DNA of 41,474 nucleotides, from positions 1-41,474 of the forward strand of contig JARQWU010000066.1 in NCBI GenBank assembly GCA_040182905.1. The letters run 5' to 3'. The DNA comes from Barthelona sp. PAP020 (Eukaryota). A program made the translations under genes and the position numbers. The notes under the pieces were generated by a model that saw only the letters and a list, made by a program, of their open reading frames with translations, did no database searches and was not told the origin of the DNA. Numbering within the stretch: the first letter of the stretch is position 1; each line of letters opens with the position of its first letter. Positions 18,305-28,949 of this stretch are shown here, one piece after another.

Positions 18305-19831
18305 TTAGTCATCAAATAAATCATCCATGTCATCATCAACCATTTGTTTTGGTTCATTGTCTTCTTCAACCATCAAGATTTCCTCATTTTGTATTTGTTG
18401 TAATGTTGAAATTGACATTGAATCTGCTTCCATGGGAATCTCATCTTCATTAGTTTCAACAACACTTTTTAGTGGAATATCCAAATCTTTCCTCAAAAAG
18501 CTCTTCAAAACAATGGGATTTTGGAATTCAACATCCAGTTCAATTTCTTTGTCCATGTCACATGAGTCTACACCAGCGAAAATATTCTCAATCAATTTGT
18601 TACCAATATCACTCTCTCTACATTGTTTTAGCTTTTCTATTGCATCAGCTCTTATGTTTTGAGGGCATTGCTTATCATTGAGACTATTGATGAAAAATTT
18701 TACAAAGAAATTTGCAGAATTTTTCATCTGAGAAGGATTTGTACATCTGTTCAAGGTTATAACAACACTTTTGAATCTAGGAATCAAGTATTTCAACAAA
18801 GTCACAGGGCCAATGTTAGCAAAAAAAATAAAAATACCTACCAACGAATAAACATGCATTTGTTTGTTTTTTGGATTGTCTAAAGGGTCAATTAATGTCT
18901 TAATTATCCGTGCATTGAGATCAACAAATTGGGAAGAATATTTCACCATAAAATTTCGCAGGGTAGAAGCACCAAAGTTTCTCAATTGGATACTTTGAGG
19001 GGAAATCCCAATATTAGAGTTAACAATCAAAGATAAAAGTAAAGATGTCATTTGACCTACATTAGCTATAATATTTAAAGCTGTTGAGGAACAAAAAGCA
19101 CCCAGTAGTTCAACAATGCGATTTAAATATGCAAAATTGATTGTACGCTTGGTCAACATTAACCGCACTATATTGCTCAATCCACTAACTAAATATGGCA
19201 CCAATTGTTGCAAAGCGGTGTCATTCAAAGTCAACGTTATTATCTCACAAAACATTCCTTTATCCTCAATTTTCAATGACTCATGGACACGGTCAAAAAG
19301 AATGATTTCATCCGATGACAACGCGTGTTTCATAGGCAACAAAACTTGTACACCAGACTCAACAACTTCTTGACTAGTTGTTTGATCAACAATGGGATTG
19401 TATTTTGTGGAAGGAATTTTTCCATTAATGGCACTCCAATAGACATGACACGCAGTATCATGAGAATTGAAATTATGGGAGTTCTTCATCTTACGGAACT
19501 CAGAAGCAATATCAATCGTTTTATCTTCAATACTATATGTACTTTGTCCATGACTTTTGGTTTTTAAATTGATCATTTCATTATATCCGAGAACTGGTGT
19601 TTCTCCAAACAATTTTAGAGCAGTGTTAATATCTTGAGGTAAAATTTGCTCTCGTTTGCATATTCTTGCTAACCTTTGTGCTTCTTGCAAGACTAATGCC
19701 ATTGTTTTGTTGACATTATTTAAGATTTGTCGATCTGTATTTGTATCAATATGAATGGGTTGTCCAGTTCTTGAATTTGTTATATCAAATGTTCGGACTA
19801 CTCTTGTACAAAAATTTGCTTCTTGATTCAT
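18305..19831 (-). CDS. TAF6: Transcription initiation factor TFIID subunit 6
   Basis: ATG at 19831. H4-like fold (LQEAQRLARICKREQILPQDINTALK...PVLGY), HVYWSAINGKIP...NP, KHALS, DTALQQLVPY, then HEAT-like region and acidic tail. Confidence 0.88.
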   Translation of the reverse strand: MNQEANFCTRVVRTFDITNSRTGQPIHIDTNTDRQILNNVNKTMALVLQEAQRLARICKREQILPQDINTALKLFGETPVLGYNEMINLKTKSHGQSTYSIEDKTIDIASEFRKMKNSHNFNSHDTACHVYWSAINGKIPSTKYNPIVDQTTSQEVVESGVQVLLPMKHALSSDEIILFDRVHESLKIEDKGMFCEIITLTLNDTALQQLVPYLVSGLSNIVRLMLTKRTINFAYLNRIVELLGAFCSSTALNIIANVGQMTSLLLSLIVNSNIGISPQSIQLRNFGASTLRNFMVKYSSQFVDLNARIIKTLIDPLDNPKNKQMHVYSLVGIFIFFANIGPVTLLKYLIPRFKSVVITLNRCTNPSQMKNSANFFVKFFINSLNDKQCPQNIRADAIEKLKQCRESDIGNKLIENIFAGVDSCDMDKEIELDVEFQNPIVLKSFLRKDLDIPLKSVVETNEDEIPMEADSMSISTLQQIQNEEILMVEEDNEPKQMVDDDMDDLFDD

Positions 19832-19903
19832 AATCGAAAAAATAAAATGCAATAAAATATCTTGTTTTTTTTTTTTACCTTCTTTTTCATTGAATTTTTT
19901 TTG

Positions 19904-20167
19904 ATGAGTAATCCTCCATGGTCTGATGTTGCGAATCCTCCAAAAATCACTTCTTTTATCTCGTATAATCCTGAGAATGTTAAAGATACCAAGAATTCGA
20001 TGACTGCCAAACAATATTTTGACAGTATTTTGCAAAATAAAACCGAAATGATTGAAAATGTGTTTGATATGGTATTTCCAATAGATCATGAAAGAAAAAA
20101 TCCTACATATCCTATTCTTTTAGAACAATATCGTAAACTTTCATCAGATTCCGATATGAAACAATAA
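19904..20167 (+). CDS. Small hypothetical protein (87 aa), divergent from TAF6
   Basis: ATG after a T-rich leader (MSNPPWSDV), protein-like composition, fills the gap; no family recognised. Confidence 0.6.
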   Translation: MSNPPWSDVANPPKITSFISYNPENVKDTKNSMTAKQYFDSILQNKTEMIENVFDMVFPIDHERKNPTYPILLEQYRKLSSDSDMKQ

Positions 20168-20211
20168 ATATTTACAAATTTTATAATTTTTCAGATCAAA
20201 AATTTTGAATT

Positions 20212-21030
20212 TCATTGGAAATCTTCAAAATCATCCAAATCCAATTGAACCACGGCATTAGTATCAAAAACATCATTTGTAATTGAAGAAGGATACATTC
20301 CTTGATGGTCTACACAATATTCTGCAATCCAATAAGTACAAAACCATTGAATTCCATGCAAGAACAAAAATATTTGCAAAAGGTCAAATCTAATATCAAA
20401 AAAAAAGACTACATCATTGTATTTCAGATAAAATAAGGATGAAATTACACCTAAACTACTGATCCACGCTATATTTTTTAAAAATCGTATGACAAATCGT
20501 TGATTCGATGGAATAAGATGTTTGCAAGCCAAAACATAAATGATACTGATTGATAAATGAATAAGATTAGTGATTAAATGAGAAACTATAAAATATTGCA
20601 AATACTCAAAAGACATAGATTGATTCCAATGCACAGTTTTGTAATTCATGTAATTAAACGAAGCCCAAATAAAAATGCACAAAGATTTCAAAATTGCAAC
20701 AACTAAAAACGGGAATCTTTTAGATCTTCGTACTAAAACACAACAAACTACAAAGGATAAACATAGATTAGACAACTCACCCATGAAAGGTGCAAGTAAT
20801 TTAGGAAGTTTAGAAAGATCAGAATCATATTTTCTTGTAATAATGGCTACCCAACCATTAAATGCTGCCATAAGAATTGCACATGCATAAGCTAACATTA
20901 ACCAAGTTCTAGCCGTCTGAGGAGAACTTAAATTTCGACTTCTGATCAACCGAATCATATAACCATGAAGCAATATGGCAATAATTGATATACATAAAGA
21001 AACTATGTCGTTATCAGCAGTATTAAGCAT
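20212..21030 (-). CDS. Predicted seven-transmembrane protein with short N-terminus and acidic C-tail
   Basis: ATG at 21030. Seven hydrophobic segments counted by eye (IVSLCISIIAILL; WLMLAYACAILMAAF; LSNLCLSFVVCCVLV; FLVVAILKSLCIFIW; FIVSHLITNLIHLSISIIYVL; IAWISSLGVISSLFYL; LLQIFLFLHGIQWFCTYWI). Confidence 0.75.
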   Translation of the reverse strand: MLNTADNDIVSLCISIIAILLHGYMIRLIRSRNLSSPQTARTWLMLAYACAILMAAFNGWVAIITRKYDSDLSKLPKLLAPFMGELSNLCLSFVVCCVLVRRSKRFPFLVVAILKSLCIFIWASFNYMNYKTVHWNQSMSFEYLQYFIVSHLITNLIHLSISIIYVLACKHLIPSNQRFVIRFLKNIAWISSLGVISSLFYLKYNDVVFFFDIRFDLLQIFLFLHGIQWFCTYWIAEYCVDHQGMYPSSITNDVFDTNAVVQLDLDDFEDFQ

Positions 21031-21101
21031 TGATATAAAATAAATATGAAACAAATTTCTTTTGGTATTTTGTTATTTTTTTTTTTTACTTATTATTATG
21101 A

Positions 21102-23960
21102 ATGATGAATGGATTAAGTCATCAAACACCCAGTAATAGTGCAAAAAAAACGAATCGATTTTTAAAAATTTTTTCATTGAATAGTCCGAATTTTTATCCT
21201 TCTCATAATATTAACGATAATAATGTTATAAATAACATCGATAATAACAAAAATATTAGCAATGATAACAAAAAACAAGATAACATATCTATTTTTTCCG
21301 GAATTGTAACTCCAAATATTAAACAACAAAAAGAAACGGACATTTTTAATTTTGATAATTCAAATTATATCCCTTTATTTTTAAATAAAAGTGTTTCACC
21401 AGAAAAATCACCTGTTGATATTCCTGTTGAAGATCAGGAACCTTTATCACAAAAAGAAACCAAAATTTTATTGGAAAATTTTCAACTTTTTATTGATAAT
21501 GAAGATCAAAGACCTAGTTCTGTTCATGAGGTTCGAAAATATGTTTCAAATTTTTTATTTGATCAAGGATACTCCCATTTTGATCATATATCATGTCCTC
21601 TTTACCAAAAATTACTATTTATGTATGGGAAATCTTTATTAACCAATGAACATGTTACAACTGGTCTTTTGGACAGTCTTTTTGAATATTTTCAGTTACA
21701 TTTTGCAAATGACCCTGAAGCAGCAGCATTAAACGCTGATTATCATGAAATGAGAGGTGATTTTGCAGCGGCCGCTGAGAAATTATCCAGGACTTGTTTA
21801 GAGGAACTATCAATTGAAAACAGTGGTTTTTTCATACGTGCTTTGAAATCTAACGCTAGAGAAGGCATGTATGAGAATTGTGATCGGATTATAAAGCGAA
21901 TCTTTAATCTGAAAGGTGATTCCTTTGACATAAAGAGTTTGTTTAAAATTTATTTGGAGATTGCTCATGTAGAGATGCTTAAAGGAGATAATGAAAGAGT
22001 TCGACAGTTAATTAACATGTTTATTGCAGAAACAGATACTTTTGGTCCTGTTTGTTATGATGGGTTTAAATTTGAACTTAATTTACGAAATTTTCAAAAG
22101 GCAAGCGAATATCTCGAGCTTGGTTTGATTGAAAATCCTCGATATAGTCCTTTATGGTTTGGTAAGCTAAGATTTCAATCTATGTGCAATGATAATGTTG
22201 AAAATATTATTGAGACGTTAGAAAAATGCCATAAGAATATCACCGTGGAACAATTATGGAAGCTATATTTTGAACTGTGTCAAATCATATTTTTTCGAGT
22301 TATTTTTGAAAATGATATTGCTGAAAACGTTATGCAAGATACAAAGTATCATGATAAGCGTGATATTTCGATTGAGTTGAAATACATGAAGGAATTTCAA
22401 GTGAAAACTATTTTATCATGTCCTGAACATCTGTTATGGAAGGTATATACCATGCTTTCAAGGTTCATTTTAATAATTCCTGGAAAAGACAGTTATGATT
22501 ATTTTGGAAGTTTAAGGTTGTTGAAGGAAGCGTTTATTCAAGCTGCAAAGAAAAATCGATGCCAAGTTTTGAATGAAATAGCCAGACAACATTGTTTTGT
22601 TGGTAATTATTTGCTAAGTTATCGGATTTTGAAGGACACCTTACAGAAGTATCCAAGACAATGGAAAATTGCACTTGAATTATGTTCAATGTTACTACGT
22701 ATTGGCAGATACGCAGAATGTTTTGAATTATGTTGCAGTAAAATCAGTCAAATAACTGGCAGATTACGTTCTCCTCATATTTCCTTACATAATTTGATGT
22801 TGCGAGATATATTTCAGGAGGATCGTTGTGATCATCCCATTGAATATTGGATAGGGAGTAGTTTAGATTTTCGTGATTTTAAATTGATGAGTAATGGCAA
22901 TTGCTCTTTAGAAAATGAAAACAAATCTGCTGAAGATTGTTTTAATCAGTTGCAGCTTAATTTACTCATTGATTGTGAAGAATTTCCCAATTCAACATTT
23001 AAGAATTTCAATCAGAATTCCAATTTGTTGAAAAACTCTCTAAATAATCTTGCAACAAAGTCTAACTCTTCCAGTAGCGTTATTGGTTCAAATAGTACAA
23101 CAACTTTTTCAACCATGGATACTCTCTCTATGTCTTCTTATAGTTCGACTAATTCTGGTTATGATAACGGCTTTGATTTGTTTGGTGATGGATATAATGT
23201 GTTTGGTGCTCCAATGATTGGTTCCCTTCTTCAAACACCTTCAAACAATAAAATTGATTCAATCAACAACAGTAACTTTAATAAGATGCCTTTTAATTTT
23301 GAAATAAACACAAGTCCTATTAATATGGTTGATTCCTTTGACAAACAGTTTGGTCCAGCATTTCGAACGTTTATGGAAAGCCTTAAGAATGTTCCAAAGA
23401 GTGGAGAAGTGTATTGTGAAGGTGCTAGAATTTTCCTCAATCCTATCTATCCACGATTCAATCTTGCTGAAGCAGAGAATCTTTTGAATTTAGCCATTCG
23501 TTTTACTCCTCAATTTGGAGACATATTTATTGAGTATATAAAGCTAATTTTACTGAAATATGGTGACCAAAGCACTTATCATATTGAAAAATTAAGAAGA
23601 ATTTGTGTGAATTATAAACCAAATTATGGCGAAGTTTGGAGTTTTGCCAGAAAATTTTCGCATGAACCTGCTGGTTTTACTTTTGATCGGGCTTTTAATT
23701 TGATCAAGCAGCAAATTAAGGATTATTTTGCTATTTATAATTTTGCTTTGATCAGGTCAAATAATATGAATAAATCAATTCAGAATGTTTTCAGATATTG
23801 TCAAAAGAATAACATGATTGAAGATATCAAAAGTGGGTTTCTATCTTCAAGAAATACCGCTATTTTATTATTTAATCGTTATCACAGTCCAGAAATGGAT
23901 TTTAGGGCAATTCCACTTCAAGATTTAATTAGTATTGTGTTTGGTTCTGAGACTTTTTAA
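21102..23960 (+). CDS. HAT/TPR-repeat protein with Prp6-like C-terminal motif
   Basis: Helical repeats (NPRYSPLWFG, QLWKLYFEL, LLWKVY, YPRQWKIALEL, VPKSGEVYCEGARI); QFGDIFIEYIKL...CVNYKPNYGEVW resembles the Prp6 GDAW...CESAEPRHGELW end. N- and S-rich low-complexity inserts. Confidence 0.75.
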   Translation: MMNGLSHQTPSNSAKKTNRFLKIFSLNSPNFYPSHNINDNNVINNIDNNKNISNDNKKQDNISIFSGIVTPNIKQQKETDIFNFDNSNYIPLFLNKSVSPEKSPVDIPVEDQEPLSQKETKILLENFQLFIDNEDQRPSSVHEVRKYVSNFLFDQGYSHFDHISCPLYQKLLFMYGKSLLTNEHVTTGLLDSLFEYFQLHFANDPEAAALNADYHEMRGDFAAAAEKLSRTCLEELSIENSGFFIRALKSNAREGMYENCDRIIKRIFNLKGDSFDIKSLFKIYLEIAHVEMLKGDNERVRQLINMFIAETDTFGPVCYDGFKFELNLRNFQKASEYLELGLIENPRYSPLWFGKLRFQSMCNDNVENIIETLEKCHKNITVEQLWKLYFELCQIIFFRVIFENDIAENVMQDTKYHDKRDISIELKYMKEFQVKTILSCPEHLLWKVYTMLSRFILIIPGKDSYDYFGSLRLLKEAFIQAAKKNRCQVLNEIARQHCFVGNYLLSYRILKDTLQKYPRQWKIALELCSMLLRIGRYAECFELCCSKISQITGRLRSPHISLHNLMLRDIFQEDRCDHPIEYWIGSSLDFRDFKLMSNGNCSLENENKSAEDCFNQLQLNLLIDCEEFPNSTFKNFNQNSNLLKNSLNNLATKSNSSSSVIGSNSTTTFSTMDTLSMSSYSSTNSGYDNGFDLFGDGYNVFGAPMIGSLLQTPSNNKIDSINNSNFNKMPFNFEINTSPINMVDSFDKQFGPAFRTFMESLKNVPKSGEVYCEGARIFLNPIYPRFNLAEAENLLNLAIRFTPQFGDIFIEYIKLILLKYGDQSTYHIEKLRRICVNYKPNYGEVWSFARKFSHEPAGFTFDRAFNLIKQQIKDYFAIYNFALIRSNNMNKSIQNVFRYCQKNNMIEDIKSGFLSSRNTAILLFNRYHSPEMDFRAIPLQDLISIVFGSETF

Positions 23961-24232
23961 AAAAGAAAAAAAATTGTTTTATGTTTTATTTTGCTTCATT
24001 GGTTTGCATTTCAAAGGAATTAACAGTTCAGTAATTATAAATATACATTGTATTTTCTTTTTCTTAACAATTGTTTCTTCATTTTTAAAATTGCTTCAAA
24101 GAAAATTCATAGAAGATCTTTCATTATTCTGGTAATAATGAATTTTTAATATTTATAAAGAAAAGTCATTTAAAAGTTTCCTTCATTTTTGGCTTTTTTT
24201 TTGGATTTTTTTTTTCTTTTTTCAACTCGAAA

Positions 24233-25879
24233 ATGTCTACCAAGTTACGTACTGGTGGTAGTATTCCTCCAATGAAAAAATTTAAGCCTCCTGTTGGTTT
24301 AAACTCGGTTAATCCTGCTGGAGTTAGCAATGAAGTGCCTTTATCTCCTCCTCGATTAATTAAAAGAAAAGCCAATACTGTTTCTTTATTAGCACAAGCT
24401 GCTAATCCAGAAAAGGATAAACTTAGAGCTTCATTTCAATCAATTGATATTGAAAATTCAAAACTTATTTCTAACACTCAATTTAGAAATGTTTTACATT
24501 CAAATCTTGATTTAGATGCACATTCGATTGATCGTGCTGTAAATTTGGCTTCTGTTGGTGGTCCTAATGTGGATAAGGTTGATTATGAGAAATTTTTGAA
24601 TTTGATGGAAAATACTAATGTTAAAACAATTCCAGAACAAGTTAAACCCACTACCACAAAGAAAATTCACACAGACCTTTACGAAGATTCTTTAATGCTC
24701 AATGATCAAGAACAGGCCATTTTAGATCGTTGGAGACTTTATAATGATTCAAGGGATATATCAGTTGGTGATTTATGTCAGAATTTTAGTTCAAACACCG
24801 ATAATATATTGACTAAAGAACAATTGATCAATGGAATTGCTCAAGATGTTGGTGTATGGAATGAAAATGAGTCTGATGCCATTGTTTCTTTGGTTGATAA
24901 AATTGCTGACAAAAAAGGTGAGATAACAGTTAAATCATTGTCCAGGGCTATGGACAATATTGATCCTGTTTCTCCTGTGCGTCTCGCAAGGTTGGAGATG
25001 CATTCACCTGAACCTGATGTTATTGTTGATAAAAACAAACAGCAAGATCCTTGGAATACAGATAGAATTAGAGCTTTGAATGCCAGACATAGTTATGGAG
25101 GTCTTGGAGATGATCTTCTTGAAGCTTCTCAAAATAATGCCGCAAAAGTTTATCAGTCCTTTTTGGCTTTGGACAATAATGGTGATGGTGCAGTCACAGA
25201 ACAACAATTTTCTCAAGTTATTCGATCTTTAGGAGTAAGAGATGCAAAGAAATACTACGATTTAGCAGTAGAGAAGAATTGTATTGTTACTGGAGAGAAA
25301 AATCATTACATCAATTATGGGCATCTTCTTCAAGAAATTGGGGCACATCCTCACGTTGTACCTGATGTACCTGTTACTCCTTTGAGAGTTAAAACACATT
25401 CTCAAATGGACACTTCCTCAACACCAGAAAAAAATAGTGGTAAGTTGATGGCTGATGTACCAAGTCAGCTTGGAGCTAGTGGTATTCCCAAAGATTCAGT
25501 ACCTGTGTCTACTCCATTGAAAAAATTATTGAGACCCAAAGATCATGATGATTTGGTTACTCAATGTGAAGATCCTTTACCAAGAGAGAATATTGTTACA
25601 CCAAGGAGATCACAATACAGACCAAATGATACGAATCTTTTAGAATTAGGATTTTCACCCAGAACACCTTCCTTTAGAGATTATCAAAAAACACATGAAT
25701 CTCCTGTTAAAAGTGGAAATCATACTCCAAAAGCATCTATCTCTAGAAACAACAAAACCAATGATTCATCTCAAGTTATGGCCACTTTAACAAATCAATT
25801 TGATCCCAAAAAGTTTGCTAATGTCGCAAGAGCTTCCCCTTATAAGCCAAAAGATACCTTCAGATTATGTTGGGATTAG
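24233..25879 (+). CDS. Protein with degenerate EF-hand pairs and a P/S/T-rich C-terminal tail
   Basis: FQSIDIENSKLISNTQF/VDYEKFL and FLALDNNGDGAVTEQQF/INYGHLL are EF-hand-like; the tail has many TP/SP sites. Confidence 0.75.
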   Translation: MSTKLRTGGSIPPMKKFKPPVGLNSVNPAGVSNEVPLSPPRLIKRKANTVSLLAQAANPEKDKLRASFQSIDIENSKLISNTQFRNVLHSNLDLDAHSIDRAVNLASVGGPNVDKVDYEKFLNLMENTNVKTIPEQVKPTTTKKIHTDLYEDSLMLNDQEQAILDRWRLYNDSRDISVGDLCQNFSSNTDNILTKEQLINGIAQDVGVWNENESDAIVSLVDKIADKKGEITVKSLSRAMDNIDPVSPVRLARLEMHSPEPDVIVDKNKQQDPWNTDRIRALNARHSYGGLGDDLLEASQNNAAKVYQSFLALDNNGDGAVTEQQFSQVIRSLGVRDAKKYYDLAVEKNCIVTGEKNHYINYGHLLQEIGAHPHVVPDVPVTPLRVKTHSQMDTSSTPEKNSGKLMADVPSQLGASGIPKDSVPVSTPLKKLLRPKDHDDLVTQCEDPLPRENIVTPRRSQYRPNDTNLLELGFSPRTPSFRDYQKTHESPVKSGNHTPKASISRNNKTNDSSQVMATLTNQFDPKKFANVARASPYKPKDTFRLCWD

Positions 25880-26166
25880 TTTTTAAGTTTTTTTGTAATA
25901 GCCGGAAAAAAGTATATTTTTTGTGTCTATTTCAATGAATACTGCTTTAATAAATGAATCGTTTATTTCTTGTTTTGAAACTGATGTGTTTTTCAAAGAG
26001 AAGTTTTTAAGCTTCCATTTATCAACTTGTTTTCTTTGAAAATTGCAATGAATAATTGAATTAAAATTCCTTTTTGTGCATAGAATAATGTTTTGCATGA
26101 TTAAAAATCTGTAAACAAGTGAAGAAGGTCTAAAATAATTTTTTTTGTTGCCATGATTTAATTATT

Positions 26167-27312
26167 ATGTTAAGTCATAGTAATAGTGGTGAAAAAACGA
26201 AAAGGCCTGTGTTAATAATTGATAATGGATCATATTTAATAAAATATGGCAGAAGTGAAGATACTTTCAAAAAGGTTTTTAATTGTTTGGGATATTGCAA
26301 CAATAATATGTTTATTAATCACAAATTTGATGAATTAGAATTAGAAAATAATCTTGAATATATTTTTCCTTCAAACAATGGTATTATTCATAATATCAGC
26401 GTTCAAAAGAAATTATGGACGCATATAATTAATGAAGAATTAAAAAATCTTAACATTAGCACAGGTGATACTGTTTTAGTATTAACCAAACCTACATTTG
26501 ATTTTTTAACAATAAAAAAAGAAATTTTCCGAATAATTTTTGAAGAGTTTGGGTTTTATGGGGTATCTTGTCCTTCTAAAGCTTTTGTTTCCCGATTATT
26601 TTATTCGATCAACCAGCAAGCTGCGATTGAAGGTACTTGCATTGTGATAGACCTTGGTGAATCTAATTGTGAGATTGTTCCTTTCAATCAAGGTGTTAGA
26701 TTGGAAAATTTGGTTAAAGTTATGTCCATTGGGGGGAATGTTTTGAGGGAGTATTTGATGAAAAAGTTTCAGTGTCATAAAAACTTTATTGTTGATGATA
26801 TTATAAAAAAACATTGTTATGTATCATTAAATTATGAAGAGGAGTTTAAGACAACACTTTTGGATGACCCATTACATTTTGTTATTGATGATCAGGAGTT
26901 CAGGATGGACCATGAAAGAGTTTCAATGTTTGAAAGTTTTTTTCGACCACAATTGCTTGGATTTGATGAGATGGGGATTGGCCAATTGGTCGCAGATATT
27001 ATACAAAATGCTGACATCAACATTCAACCAACGTTGTCGATGAATATTTTACTCGATGGAAACTTAGCAAACGTGAAAAATTTTTATTCCAGATTGACTG
27101 GTGAAATTAGGTCCTATCTTGACGATTCTTTGGATTTGCACATCTATAAATCTAATTCCCCTGCTTCTAACACATATTTTGGATGTAAGATATTTACTGA
27201 ACAAAAGTGGTTTTCTGATCATATAGTCAATGTACAAAAATATAGTGATGCGAAAAATAAACCAATTGAAGAGTTTAATAGATTTTTGGATAATTGTTTT
27301 GATTCTTTGTAA
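26167..27312 (+). CDS. ARP6: Divergent actin-related protein, most like ARP6 (SWR1/SRCAP subunit)
   Basis: LIIDNGSYLIKYG (cf. yeast Arp6 IVIDNGSYEIKFG), IIFEEFGF, VIDLGE, CYVSLNY, ERVSMFESFFRP...EMGI, NILLDGN...RLTGEIRS. Confidence 0.75.
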   Translation: MLSHSNSGEKTKRPVLIIDNGSYLIKYGRSEDTFKKVFNCLGYCNNNMFINHKFDELELENNLEYIFPSNNGIIHNISVQKKLWTHIINEELKNLNISTGDTVLVLTKPTFDFLTIKKEIFRIIFEEFGFYGVSCPSKAFVSRLFYSINQQAAIEGTCIVIDLGESNCEIVPFNQGVRLENLVKVMSIGGNVLREYLMKKFQCHKNFIVDDIIKKHCYVSLNYEEEFKTTLLDDPLHFVIDDQEFRMDHERVSMFESFFRPQLLGFDEMGIGQLVADIIQNADINIQPTLSMNILLDGNLANVKNFYSRLTGEIRSYLDDSLDLHIYKSNSPASNTYFGCKIFTEQKWFSDHIVNVQKYSDAKNKPIEEFNRFLDNCFDSL

Positions 27313-27638
27313 ATGCATATATTGTTTCTGTTTTCATTTATTCTTTACGATTTTTCATTTTTTTTAAAGAGAAAAAAAAACTGTTTAATCGATAATAGTT
27401 TTATTTAAATATTCAAAAAATCTCAAACATACACTTGTATTTTGAAAAGAAGGAATAATAAATTAATTTTTCATTGATGCTCTTTTTTTTTTTTTCGCTC
27501 CAAGTTTTTTTTTTTTAATATTTTGATGGCAATAAAGTTTTTTGTTTTATTTTTGCCTTTTTGACTGGTGGAATTTTTTTTTTACTGGATTAGCATCCAC
27601 CTTTCCATTTAACCTACTTTCATTTTTTATTTTTTTGA

Positions 27639-27953
27639 ATGTCATTTTCCTTTAGTCCTCTTGTTTTTTCACTTCGTTCTTCTCCTTCCTCTTCATACAC
27701 ACCATATTCGCCCCCAATTCAAATTTTGGACAATCCAAAATTTATTTTTTATGAAAGTGACAGAACTTCTTCAATTCAGAACTTTAATCTTCCTTATCAT
27801 AATGAAAACGAAAGTGATGAAACAAGTTCATCATCTCCTGAAAATCTTTCTCCTCCTGACAGAGAATTTATTTCTTTAAAATTTGATGAAAGTACTGCCA
27901 ATGATATGTTTTTGGTTACTCGTGAACTTGAAGTCTTTAGTCTGGACATTTAG
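27639..27953 (+). CDS. Small Ser/Pro-rich hypothetical protein (104 aa)
   Basis: ATG after a T-rich leader like neighbouring genes, converging on GID4; low complexity, no family. Confidence 0.5.
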   Translation: MSFSFSPLVFSLRSSPSSSYTPYSPPIQILDNPKFIFYESDRTSSIQNFNLPYHNENESDETSSSSPENLSPPDREFISLKFDESTANDMFLVTRELEVFSLDI

Positions 27954-28008
27954 GTGTCTTCTTTCCATCTTACATTGATTTTTGTGTATAATCTTCTAGT
28001 CCTGTTAT

Positions 28009-28557
28009 TTATAAAATTTTTATTTGTACTCTTTGTGAGGTTGGTTTTAATTTTAATTTTTGGTTTGGGTTTGAATATTCGCCAAAGTAAAAACCTTCCA
28101 TTTCTTTTGTTGACCAATTTATGCATATGTAATAGAACCCATTTATTGTTATATGTGTATTGTCTGGTTTTTGAATAAAACCAGTTTCTTTCAATCGAAG
28201 ATATTGATATCTGGAATTATTTAGTTTTTCTTTTATAATCTCCTTGTTAGGTAAATTATTGTTTCCAAAAAGTTCTGTGAATGAGGGAAATTGCGACCAT
28301 TGTTGAATGTCTGTTGATTGTTCAACATCAAAGAAATTTGTTCTAAAATCATTCTTATTTCCCACTAATTCAGCTAAAAATCGTGTAATAACAGGTTCTT
28401 TTGATCCTTGAACATTTGATGCTATTAAAATTCCATTAAATTTATCTGTATCTGCATCGTAATCCTCAAATCTTAAATCCATTTTCCACCATAGGTTTTG
28501 ATCTAAATTTTCTCTATTCACCTGAAATCCTTTCCATCTTTGACACAATGACAACAT
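28009..28557 (-). CDS. GID4: GID4/Vid24 substrate receptor of the GID/CTLH E3 ligase
   Basis: WKGFQ, TRFLAELVG, DIQQWSQFPSF, YLRLKE, NGFYYICI...MEGFYF...QKLKL match GID4 FRGHQ, TFFEGEII, HWGKF, FMRWKE, AGFYYIC...IEGYYY...QSLNL. Confidence 0.85.
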   Translation of the reverse strand: MLSLCQRWKGFQVNRENLDQNLWWKMDLRFEDYDADTDKFNGILIASNVQGSKEPVITRFLAELVGNKNDFRTNFFDVEQSTDIQQWSQFPSFTELFGNNNLPNKEIIKEKLNNSRYQYLRLKETGFIQKPDNTHITINGFYYICINWSTKEMEGFYFGEYSNPNQKLKLKPTSQRVQIKIL

Positions 28558-28949
28558 TCTATTTTGTACTATTTTTTTTTTGCACTCAATATTATTGATG
28601 TTTAAATGATATTATGACATAAAAACAAAGTTTTTTAGGTTATATATTTTATGAACTGTTTGCGAACTTGAAAGGAAAACTACATTTTTTGATCTATACA
28701 TAATTTATTTTGCTTCACTGTGTTGATAAAACTTTTTATTGACTTATTTGTTGTTAAAAAACTGAGTTATCAAGAGATTGAATAGAAACTTTGTGAATGT
28801 AACTTTTTGTTTTCTTTGGTATTACACATTTATTCAATTTATTACTCCTTATTCATAATATATTTATGTTTTTGGAGTTTTGATAGTAAAATGATTAGAT
28901 ATTTCTTTTTTTCTTTCGATTTTTGTTTTTAGCAATAATTAAAGATATT

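Noticed and set aside
18305..20167. Apparent overlap of the 594-aa ORF with the 19862..20167 ORF
   Set aside because: Artefact of distal starts; TAF6 homology begins at ATG 19831 and the opposite gene at ATG 19904, so they do not overlap.
27554..27601. gcctttt plus ggtgga/tccacc hairpin resembling U5 snRNA
   Set aside because: The invariant loop-1 GCCTTTTAC is absent and is not enclosed by a stem.
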